From an uncultured Candidatus Rokubacteria bacterium (GTDB lineage: Bacteria; Methylomirabilota; Methylomirabilia; Rokubacteriales; CSP1-6), in contig CAVTGC010000005.1 of assembly GCA_963734175.1 (NCBI GenBank), forward strand, positions 6,329-70,328: a stretch of 64,000 nucleotides of DNA, given 5' to 3'. This document shows, piece after piece, positions 56,666 through 64,000 of the stretch; positions within the stretch are counted from its first letter, which is position 1; each line of letters begins with the position of its first letter. The notes under the pieces are model-generated. The model was given only the letters and a program-made list of their open reading frames with translations, ran no database searches and had not been told where the DNA came from. The position numbers were made by a program, and so were the translations under genes.

Positions 56666-57614
56666 GAAAGTCGTAGAGCGTCGCCGGGTTCTCCACCAGG
56701 ATCCGGTGGCGCACCTTCTCGTCGGGCACCCAGTCGCCGAGGAGATCGAACAGCACCGCATCGTCGGGGAGCTGCTTGGACTGCTCGGTCGGGTGGGGCC
56801 AGTCGCTGCCCCACACGCACCGCTCCGGCATGGCCTTGGCGTAGGCGCGGGCGACGGCGCTGGTGTCGGCGTACGTCGGCGCTCCTACCTTGGTGTCGCC
56901 GTAGGCGCCCGACAGCTTGACCCACGTGCGGCCCTTGTCCATCAGCGCCCGCACCTGGGCGTAGAGCGGATGGTTGACGCCCTCCGGCTGCGGGATGTGC
57001 GCGAGGTGGTCGAAGACGATCGGCGAGGCCACCTTCTGCAAGATGGGCATCACCTCCATGATCTTGGCGGCGGCGGCGTTGATCTGGATGTGCCAGCCGA
57101 GGTCGTTGACCCGCTTGGACAGCGGCTCCATCATCTCGGGTGTCGTCGCCCCGGCCTGGGCGAGGTTGAAGCGAATGCCGCGGACACCGAGCGCGTGCAT
57201 GCGCTTGAGCTCCTCGGTCGTCACGGTGTCGTCGACGACCGCGACCATGCGGGCGGTGGGGCCGAAGGCGGCCAGTGCCTCGAGGTGCGCGCGGTTGTCG
57301 GTGCCGTACGTCGACGGCTGCACGAGCACGTTGCGCGTCGTCCCGATGCGCTTCTGGAGCGCGCGGTAGTCTTCCACCGAGGCATCGGCCGGCCGGAGCG
57401 TGGCCTTGGGATCGACCGGGTACTTGGCGTTGTAGACGTGATGGTGGCAGTCGGTGGCGTTGGCCGGCGCCTTCAGCTTCGGCGCGTCGGTGCCGGCCGA
57501 CCACTTGACGGACTGCGCGGCCGCGGGCCGCGCGGAGGCGGCCAGCAGCGCGCCGGCGGCCGCGATCGACATCGTGTGCAGCACTTGCCGCCGGTTCACG
57601 TGCGCTGACTTCAT
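56652..57614 (-). CDS. Tat-exported amidohydrolase (LigI/lactonase/lactone-isomerase-like)
   Basis: NRRQVL twin-arginine signal; DCHHHV, VQPSTYGTDN, GVRGIRFN, FDHLAH, WVKLSG, WGSDWPH. Confidence 0.85.
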   Translation of the reverse strand: MKSAHVNRRQVLHTMSIAAAGALLAASARPAAAQSVKWSAGTDAPKLKAPANATDCHHHVYNAKYPVDPKATLRPADASVEDYRALQKRIGTTRNVLVQPSTYGTDNRAHLEALAAFGPTARMVAVVDDTVTTEELKRMHALGVRGIRFNLAQAGATTPEMMEPLSKRVNDLGWHIQINAAAAKIMEVMPILQKVASPIVFDHLAHIPQPEGVNHPLYAQVRALMDKGRTWVKLSGAYGDTKVGAPTYADTSAVARAYAKAMPERCVWGSDWPHPTEQSKQLPDDAVLFDLLGDWVPDEKVRHRILVENPATLYDFPKGG

Positions 57615-57717
57615 GCCGTCCTCCTCGTCGGCGCCGCTCGCGCCGTGCCCGGAGCCTATCACGGGGTCCGTCCGAGCGATCGGGCCGCCCACTCGTCGTG
57701 ATGGTATCGTCGGCCGC

Positions 57718-59604
57718 GTGAGGCTGAACCACCTGCGGCTCGCAGCCGTCCTGCTCGGCGTCGCCTCGATCGCCTCCGCGCAGTCTCCACCGGATGCCGG
57801 GTGGCCCACCTACGGCAACGATCCCGGCGGTGCCCGGTACTCGCCCGCGGCCCAGATCGACCGCTCGAACGTGGGTCGGCTGCGCGTCGCGTGGACGTAC
57901 CGGACCGGCGCGCTGCAGCCGGAGAGCGCGCTCAACCGCAAGGCGGCGTTCGAGGCCACTCCCATCCTGGTCGACGGCACGCTCTTCCTGAGCACGCCGT
58001 TCAACCAGGTCATCGCGCTGGATGCGCGGACCGGCGCTCAGCGGTGGGTGTACGACCCCGCCATCGACCGCTCACGTGGCTACTCCGAGGTGACCTCACG
58101 GGGGGTGTCGGCGTGGCGGGACGGCAAGGCCACCTCGGGTCAGCGCTGCGCGCTGCGCATCTTCGCCGCCACGCTCGACGCCCGGCTGATCGCTCTCGAC
58201 GGCGACACCGGTCGTCTCTGTCCCGACTTCGGAGTGAACGGCCAGATCGATCTCACCCGCGGCGTCGACCTGCGTGACCTCGGCCAGTACCAGGTGACCT
58301 CGGCGCCGGCCATCGCCGGCGACGTCGTGATCACCGGCTCGTCGATCGGCGACAACCGTGCGGTCGACGTGGAGCGGGGGATCGTGCGCGCCTTCGACGC
58401 GCGCACCGGAGCGCTGCGCTGGTCGTGGGATCCGATCCCCTGGGCCAGCCAGACGACGCCGCGCACGGGTGCCGGCAACGCGTGGTCGACGCTGTCCGTC
58501 GACGCCGAGCGCGGCCTCGTCTTCGTGCCGACCGGCAGCGCGAGCCCGGACCACTTCGGCGGCATGCGCCGGGGCGACAACAAGTGGGCGAACTCGGTCG
58601 TGGCCCTGCGCGTCGCCACCGGCGAGCTGGTCTGGGGGTTCCAGGTCGTGCACCACGACCTCTGGGACTACGACGTGTCCGCCCAGCCGACGCTGTTCAC
58701 CTGGAAGGACGGCACGCCGGCCGTCGCGATTGCGACGAAGATGGGCCGCATCTTCGTGCTCAACCGGCTCACCGGCGCCCCGCTCATTCCGGTCGAGGAG
58801 CGCACCGTGCCGGCCAGCGACGTGCCGGGCGAGGACGCGTCACCCACACAACCGTTCTCGGGCATCTCGCTCATTCCCGAGCGGCTCGGCGCCGACGAGG
58901 CTTGGGGCGCCACGCCGGAGGACCGGGCGTGGTGCCGGGAGAAGATCGCCGCGTCGCGCTCGGAGGGCATCTTCACCCCGCCGAGCCTGCGGGGCACGAT
59001 CGTCTTCCCCGGCCTCGTCGGGGGCGTGAACTGGGGGAGCGGGGCCTACGATCCCCAGCGGCACCTGCTCGTCGTGAACACGAACCGCCTGGCGTTCCAC
59101 GTCCGGCTCATTCCCCGCGAGAAGCTCGCCGAAGAGGCGGCTCGCGCGAACCAGGCCGGCGGTGTCCGCGCCGAGCTGGCCGAGCAGCGGGGGACGCGCT
59201 ACGGCATGGCGCGGGCACCGCTGCTGGCGCCGGGCGGACGGCCATGCAACGCGCCGCCGTGGGGCACCGTCGCCGCGGTCGATCTCTTTTCGGGGGCCGT
59301 CCGGTGGGACGTGCCGCTCGGCAGCATGGTTCCGGGGGTGCCGACGGGAACGCCGAACCTCGGCGGGCCCATCGTGACCGCGGGCGGCCTCGTCTTCACG
59401 GCCGCCGCCATGGACGGCCGGCTGCGCGCGTTCGACTCGGAGACGGGCAAGGAGCTCTGGGCGTTCGAGCTGCCGGCGGGTGGCCAGGCCACGCCCATGA
59501 CGTATAGCCTCGACGGCAAGCAGTACCTGGTCATCGCCGCCGGCGGCCACGGCAAGATAGGTACGAAGCTGGGGGACTATGTGATCGGCTTTGCCCTGCC
59601 CTGA
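57718..59604 (+). CDS. Periplasmic PQQ-dependent (glucose/quinate-type) dehydrogenase
   Basis: Signal peptide with no N-terminal membrane domain; WPTYGND, FEATP, SRGV, WGFQVVHHDLWDYD, G.NWG, GGPIVTAGGL, ATPMTY. Confidence 0.88.
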   Translation: MRLNHLRLAAVLLGVASIASAQSPPDAGWPTYGNDPGGARYSPAAQIDRSNVGRLRVAWTYRTGALQPESALNRKAAFEATPILVDGTLFLSTPFNQVIALDARTGAQRWVYDPAIDRSRGYSEVTSRGVSAWRDGKATSGQRCALRIFAATLDARLIALDGDTGRLCPDFGVNGQIDLTRGVDLRDLGQYQVTSAPAIAGDVVITGSSIGDNRAVDVERGIVRAFDARTGALRWSWDPIPWASQTTPRTGAGNAWSTLSVDAERGLVFVPTGSASPDHFGGMRRGDNKWANSVVALRVATGELVWGFQVVHHDLWDYDVSAQPTLFTWKDGTPAVAIATKMGRIFVLNRLTGAPLIPVEERTVPASDVPGEDASPTQPFSGISLIPERLGADEAWGATPEDRAWCREKIAASRSEGIFTPPSLRGTIVFPGLVGGVNWGSGAYDPQRHLLVVNTNRLAFHVRLIPREKLAEEAARANQAGGVRAELAEQRGTRYGMARAPLLAPGGRPCNAPPWGTVAAVDLFSGAVRWDVPLGSMVPGVPTGTPNLGGPIVTAGGLVFTAAAMDGRLRAFDSETGKELWAFELPAGGQATPMTYSLDGKQYLVIAAGGHGKIGTKLGDYVIGFALP

Positions 59605-59736
59605 AGGTGGGCGGCGTCGCGGCTCGGTGGCAATTACTCCAGGCTCTGCATCGGAAACATCTAAAACTGCTGGAATAACGCCGCATCGGCACTTCCGGAT
59701 ACGGGCCCGATAGCATGCTCGATAGACGCGATGGGT

Positions 59737-59753
59737 CTGGCGTACCGGTTGCA
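59737..59753 (+). promoter_or_regulatory. Putative sigma54 (-24/-12) promoter
   Basis: CTGGCGTACCGGTTGCA: GG-N10-GC with TTGCA at -12, close to consensus TGGCAC-N5-TTGCA. Confidence 0.7.
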
Positions 59754-59888
59754 GTATGTCGGGTGACCGGGCCTGATGTTCACAGCCCCGTTGACGATTC
59801 GGCAAGAAACGTAGACAGTGCGGTAGCCAAACCCCTGACGCACGACGATCGGTCGGTAACATTGCGCCGTCGTCAGAACGGACACGAG

Positions 59889-62390
59889 ATGCTCACGCTG
59901 CGTCCCTGCGGTCTGCGATCGGCATTCCTCGTAGCAAGCGTGGTCCTGGTCCTGTGTGGGTTGGGCGCGCCCGCCCCCCTGCAGGCGCAGACCGCGTCGG
60001 CGCTCAGCGCGACTCCGAGCAGCATCACGTTCCAGTACACGCAGGGGGGCGCGCTTCCTCCCTCGCAATCCGTCACGGTGACGGTGCCCGGGTGGGGTCA
60101 GTGGTCCACGTTCGACCTCTCTCCCTTCTACGATGCCACGGCCGCGTGCGCGTTCGGGACGTGTCGCTCGGGTTCATCCACGAGACTCACGCCATCACCG
60201 AGGATGACGGCGATGCCCGTGGGGACGCACGAATCGACCCTCACGGTGAGCGCGAACGGCTTCCCGGAGCTGGTTATTCCGGTCACCTTGATCGTCTCGG
60301 CGGCCGGGTCTTCTCCACCGGCGCCGGCGCCCCCGCCGCCCCCCGACTCGATCACGACCAATCCGACCAGCGTGACGTTCTCGTACACGAGAGGCATGGC
60401 GCTCCCGGCTCCGCAATCCGTCACCGCGACAGTCCCCGGAGGGGGGAAGTGGTCCACGTTCGATGTGTCCCTCTTCTACGATGCAAGTCCGGGATGCTCA
60501 TACGGGACGTGTGCTTCGGGTTCGTCGACGGTCCTCACACCGTCGTCCGGAATGCTGGGGCTTCCCGTGGGGACGCACTTCGCGGCTCTGACGCTGAGAG
60601 CCAGCGGCGTGTCCGATGTCGTGGTGCCCGTGACCGTGATCGTCTCCGAGGCATCCGGATCGCCCACCCCGCCGCCGTCCGGCGCGCCGACGCTGTACGT
60701 CGCCCCGTCCGGGAGTGACGGCAATCCCGGGACTCTCGCGCAGCCATTCCTGACCCTCGAGAAGGCACGCAACGTCGTCCGCACCTTGAATGGCGCGATG
60801 ACGGCAGACATCACCGTTGTGCTTCGAGGAGGCGAGTATCGGTTGCCGGCGACGCTGACCTTCGGGGCCGAGGATTCGGGCACGAATGGGTTCAAGGTCG
60901 TGTACCGGGCGTACCCCGGTGAACGACCGATCCTCACCGGAGGCCAGAAGATCACGGGCTGGACCGCCGTCGGTAATGGCGTGTACAGGGCGCCGACGGG
61001 GGCCCTCCGCTTCCGGCAGCTCTACGTCAACGGCTCGCGTGCTGTCAGGGCCCGGACGCCCAACGACGGTAGTTTCGAGACCATTCTCGGCTGGGACGAA
61101 GGCGGTCGCCGGATCCAGATCCGAAGCTCGCTCATCAGGCAGTGGTCGCGCCTGGATCAGGTCGAAATGGTGATTCTCGGCGCGGGCGTGAACCAGGCCA
61201 ATCTGAGGATCTCGTCGTTCACGACCTCCGGATCCAGTGCCTTCGTCGTGCCGCGTGAACCCGAGCGGGCTCGCCTCTTCTCTCAGGGCTACCCGGCCAA
61301 GACGATCCGCCCCTTTTATTTCGAGAATGCGATCGAGTTCCTGGATGCGCCCGGCGAATGGTACCTGAGCACCCAAACGAGCGAGGTGTTCTACAAGCCG
61401 AGGCCGAACGAGAACATGTCCACGGTCGACGTCGTCGCCCCCGTCCTCGAGACGCTGGTGGCGCTGCGGGGCACCCTGGCTCAGCCGGTGCACCACATCC
61501 AGTTCCACGGCCTGACGTTGCAGAACTCGACGTGGCTGATCCCCGATAACGAAGGGTATGTCGGCGACCAGGCGAGCATCGTGTACACCCAGGCTCTCCC
61601 GAGCGACGAGATCGCCTCGTACCCTGGCCACCGGCTCCCGGCCGGGTTCCATCTGGAAGCCGCCGACCACATCCGGCTGGAGCGCAACACGTTCCGGAAC
61701 ATGGGGGCGTCGGCCGTCAATCTCTACGTGGCGGCCAGTGACAACGTCCTGATCGGCAACGTGATCATCGACGTCGCCGGGAGCGGCATCTCCGTCGACC
61801 TGAATCTGGAGGGGAATCCCGCCGATCGCCGGAAGATCTCCCGGCGCAATGCCATCACGAACAACTACATCGCCCGGACCGGTCGCGACTACTACCAGAC
61901 CGTCGGCATCATGGTGGGGTACGGGGAGGCGACGGTCATCGAGCACAACGAGCTGGTGGACATGCCGTTCAGCGGCATCTCGGTGGGCTGGGGCTGGGCC
62001 GATCGGGACAACGCCGCTCGGGACAACATCATCCGCTACAACGATGTGTCGCGGGTCTTGCGGCTCATGGATGACGGCGGCGGCATCTACACGCTGTCAC
62101 GACAGCCGGGGACCGTGGTGGCGGAAAACTACGTGCACGACCTGGGCCGGCCCCCCGACCCCATCGCGGGCATCTATGGGTTCGGAGCGATCTTTCTCGA
62201 CAACGGCAGCAACCTGATCACCGTGCGCGACAACGTGATCGCGGATATCGCCGATGACGTCCAGCTCATCAAGACCAACGACAACGGCCCCGGCAACAGC
62301 CTGACCAACAACGCCGGCTCGTCCGCGGCGACCGTGGCCAACGCCGGTCTGCAGCCGGCGTATCGGGACATCCGCCCCGGTTCGCCCTGA
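59889..62390 (+). CDS. Large secreted protein: two Ig/BACON-like repeats plus right-handed beta-helix (GH141/DUF1565-like) domain
   Basis: Signal peptide to PLQAQ; two 99-aa repeats; LYVAPSGSDGNPGT...PF.TLEKAR, LRGGEY, LDAPGEWY, YSGISVGWGW-like and DGGGIYTL motifs. Confidence 0.8.
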   Translation: MLTLRPCGLRSAFLVASVVLVLCGLGAPAPLQAQTASALSATPSSITFQYTQGGALPPSQSVTVTVPGWGQWSTFDLSPFYDATAACAFGTCRSGSSTRLTPSPRMTAMPVGTHESTLTVSANGFPELVIPVTLIVSAAGSSPPAPAPPPPPDSITTNPTSVTFSYTRGMALPAPQSVTATVPGGGKWSTFDVSLFYDASPGCSYGTCASGSSTVLTPSSGMLGLPVGTHFAALTLRASGVSDVVVPVTVIVSEASGSPTPPPSGAPTLYVAPSGSDGNPGTLAQPFLTLEKARNVVRTLNGAMTADITVVLRGGEYRLPATLTFGAEDSGTNGFKVVYRAYPGERPILTGGQKITGWTAVGNGVYRAPTGALRFRQLYVNGSRAVRARTPNDGSFETILGWDEGGRRIQIRSSLIRQWSRLDQVEMVILGAGVNQANLRISSFTTSGSSAFVVPREPERARLFSQGYPAKTIRPFYFENAIEFLDAPGEWYLSTQTSEVFYKPRPNENMSTVDVVAPVLETLVALRGTLAQPVHHIQFHGLTLQNSTWLIPDNEGYVGDQASIVYTQALPSDEIASYPGHRLPAGFHLEAADHIRLERNTFRNMGASAVNLYVAASDNVLIGNVIIDVAGSGISVDLNLEGNPADRRKISRRNAITNNYIARTGRDYYQTVGIMVGYGEATVIEHNELVDMPFSGISVGWGWADRDNAARDNIIRYNDVSRVLRLMDDGGGIYTLSRQPGTVVAENYVHDLGRPPDPIAGIYGFGAIFLDNGSNLITVRDNVIADIADDVQLIKTNDNGPGNSLTNNAGSSAATVANAGLQPAYRDIRPGSP
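60003..60647 (+). repeat. Two 297-nt (99-aa) domain repeats separated by a Pro-rich linker
   Basis: 60003-60299 and 60351-60647 share P.S.TF.YT.G.ALP..QSVT.TVPG.G.WSTFD.S.FYDA...C..G.C.SGSST.LTPS..M..PVGTH...LT..A.G.....PVT.IVS. Confidence 0.85.
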
Positions 62391-62396
62391 GCGGCC

Positions 62397-63584
62397 TCAG
62401 CCCTTCGGCAGCCCCAGCACGCGCTCGCCGAGGATGTTGCGCTGGATCTCGCTGGTCCCGGCCGAGATCGTGTACTGCCGCGCGGCCACCAGGCGATTGA
62501 ACCAGCGGGGCGCGTCCGGCACCAGCTCGCTGCCCTGGTTGACGAGCGCGTGCATGCCCAGCAGCTCGCCGGCCGCGTCGGCGATGCGCACGCCCAGCTC
62601 GGAGCCGGAGAGCTTGAGGATCGAGCCCTCCGGGCCCGGCGCCTCCCCGCGGATCTGGCGGGTGAGCGCGCGGAAGCGCGTGTACTTCATCGCCTCGCAA
62701 TCGACGTAGAGCTGCGACAGGCGCTGGCGGATGCGGGGGTCGTCCCAGGCGGTCCCGCCGTCCAGCGGCAGGCGTCGGGCCACCGCGATGAGGTCGCGCA
62801 CCTGGCCGATGGGGTTGCGGGCCCCGGAGGCGTGGCGCTCGTACATGAGCGTGGTCGTCGAGACCTTCCACCCCTGGTTGATCGGCCCCAGCAGCTGGGT
62901 CTTCGGGACCTCGACGTCGGTGAAGAAGACCTCGTTGAAGTGGTGATGGCCGGTGGCCAGCACCAGCGGCCGCACGCTCACCCCGGGCGACTTCAGGTCG
63001 ACCAGCAGGCACGTGATGCCGTTGTGCTTGGGCGCGTTGGGATCGGTGCGCACGAGCAGGATGATCGAGTCGGCATACTGCGCGCCCGAGGTCCACACCT
63101 TCTGGCCGTTGACCACGTAGTGATCGCCCCGGTCCTCGGCCCGCGTGCGCAGGCTGGCCAGGTCGGAGCCGGCGCCCGGCTCCGAGAAGCCCTGGGCCCA
63201 GATCTCGTCGGCGTTGAGGATCTTGGGCAGGTACTGGCGCTTCTGGGCGTCGGTGCCCCAGTGGATGATGGTCGGCCCCACCAGGTTGAGGCCCATGCCG
63301 GGCAGGATGGGCGCCCGCGCCCGCGAATATTCCTCGTCCCAGATCACCCGTTCGATGATGGGGGCACCGCGCCCGCCGTACTCCTTCGGCCACCCCATGC
63401 CGACCCAGCCCGCCTTGTGCATGGTCTTCTGCCACGCCACGCGCCGCTCGAACATCTCGCGGGTGGAGGCGACGCGGTCGTCGGCCGGATCGTCGACGCA
63501 GAGGTCGGGCGGCAGGTTGGCCTCCAGCCAGCCGCGGAACTGCTTGCGGAACGCTTCCTGCTCGGGCGCGTATTCAAAATCCAC
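62397..63584 (-). CDS. Acyl-CoA dehydrogenase (FadE-like)
   Basis: WAQGFSEPGAGSDLASL, VNGQKVWTS, FNEVFF, ISAGTSEIQRNILGERVLGLP. Confidence 0.92.
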   Translation of the reverse strand: MDFEYAPEQEAFRKQFRGWLEANLPPDLCVDDPADDRVASTREMFERRVAWQKTMHKAGWVGMGWPKEYGGRGAPIIERVIWDEEYSRARAPILPGMGLNLVGPTIIHWGTDAQKRQYLPKILNADEIWAQGFSEPGAGSDLASLRTRAEDRGDHYVVNGQKVWTSGAQYADSIILLVRTDPNAPKHNGITCLLVDLKSPGVSVRPLVLATGHHHFNEVFFTDVEVPKTQLLGPINQGWKVSTTTLMYERHASGARNPIGQVRDLIAVARRLPLDGGTAWDDPRIRQRLSQLYVDCEAMKYTRFRALTRQIRGEAPGPEGSILKLSGSELGVRIADAAGELLGMHALVNQGSELVPDAPRWFNRLVAARQYTISAGTSEIQRNILGERVLGLPKG

Positions 63585-63594
63585 GGGTCGCCTC

Positions 63595-64000
63595 TCAGAG
63601 TCCGTACAGCGTCCGCGCGTTGTCGCAGAGGATGCGACGGCGGGAGGCGGTCGGAACGTCCTTGAAGTTGTCCTCGATGGCCTTCTGCGACTCCGGCCAC
63701 GTGCTGTCGGCGTGGGGATAGTCGGAGGCCCACATCACGCGGTCGTCGCCGAGCACGTCCAGCAACCGCAGGCCGGCGTGGTCGGTCTGGAACGTCGCCC
63801 AGACCTGGCGCCTGAAGTAGCGGCTCGGCTCCATGGTGAGGGCCAGCCCGCCGTTGCGCTTCCAGAACTCGGCGGCGTCCAGGAACTTGTCGTAGGTGTC
63901 GTCCAGTCGCTCGAGCATGTAGGGCAGCCAGCCGATCCCGGTCTCGGCCAGCACGATCTTGAGACCCGGATGGCGCTCGAGCGCGCCGGAGAAGATCACG
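63595..64000 (-). CDS. Amidohydrolase family 2 protein, C-terminal part (runs off window)
   Basis: LERHPGLKIVLAETGIGW, MWASDYPHADSTWP, NARTLY. Confidence 0.88.
   Translation of the reverse strand, partial: VIFSGALERHPGLKIVLAETGIGWLPYMLERLDDTYDKFLDAAEFWKRNGGLALTMEPSRYFRRQVWATFQTDHAGLRLLDVLGDDRVMWASDYPHADSTWPESQKAIEDNFKDVPTASRRRILCDNARTLYGL

Noticed and set aside
59820-59880. c-di-GMP-I riboswitch suggested by GCCAAACCCCTGACGCA
   Set aside because: There is only a superficial resemblance; the GNRA tetraloop/receptor and P2-P3 architecture are not evident. It is kept only as an unexplained structured leader.
1-64000. tRNA, rRNA, CRISPR arrays, transposases, integrases or prophage genes
   Set aside because: No cloverleaf or T-loop signatures in intergenic gaps, no spaced repeats, and no DDE, tyrosine/serine recombinase or phage motifs in the ORF track.

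Overview
Very GC-rich, gene-dense bacterial DNA with about 60 CDSs. Most are catabolic or transport genes: family-5 and NitT/TauT ABC components, four luciferase-like monooxygenases, five amidohydrolases, a Rieske oxygenase, a xanthine-dehydrogenase-family Mo-hydroxylase, ComDE, thiolase/DUF35 and an acyl-CoA dehydrogenase. glnS and srkA are the housekeeping-type anchors. The gene repertoire resembles Candidatus Rokubacteria (Methylomirabilota); this is inference, not a database result. The first ~1950 bp (TonB-dependent receptor end, cyclophilin, FG-GAP lipoprotein) look Acidobacteria-like and are joined abruptly to a signal-peptide-less ABC substrate-binding gene. Frameshifts are confined to the first ~6.6 kb, which suggests a poorly polished and possibly chimeric contig end. 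The strongest hidden signal is at 49942-50475. Two ORFs split in the ORF track are one probable selenoprotein: an in-frame UGA in the motif G-D-U-G-S-C-S-T-C is followed immediately by a SECIS-like hairpin. It is translationally coupled to a conserved uncharacterised partner and lies directly upstream of a tartrate dehydrogenase. Other notable items are a sigma54-preceded secreted beta-helix protein with two Cys-loop Ig-like repeats, next to a PQQ dehydrogenase and a Tat-exported lactonase-like enzyme; a TarD-like enolase-superfamily enzyme with an altered specificity loop; orphan comDE; and recurrent leaderless-type promoter architecture. I saw no rRNA, tRNA, CRISPR array, transposase or integrase.
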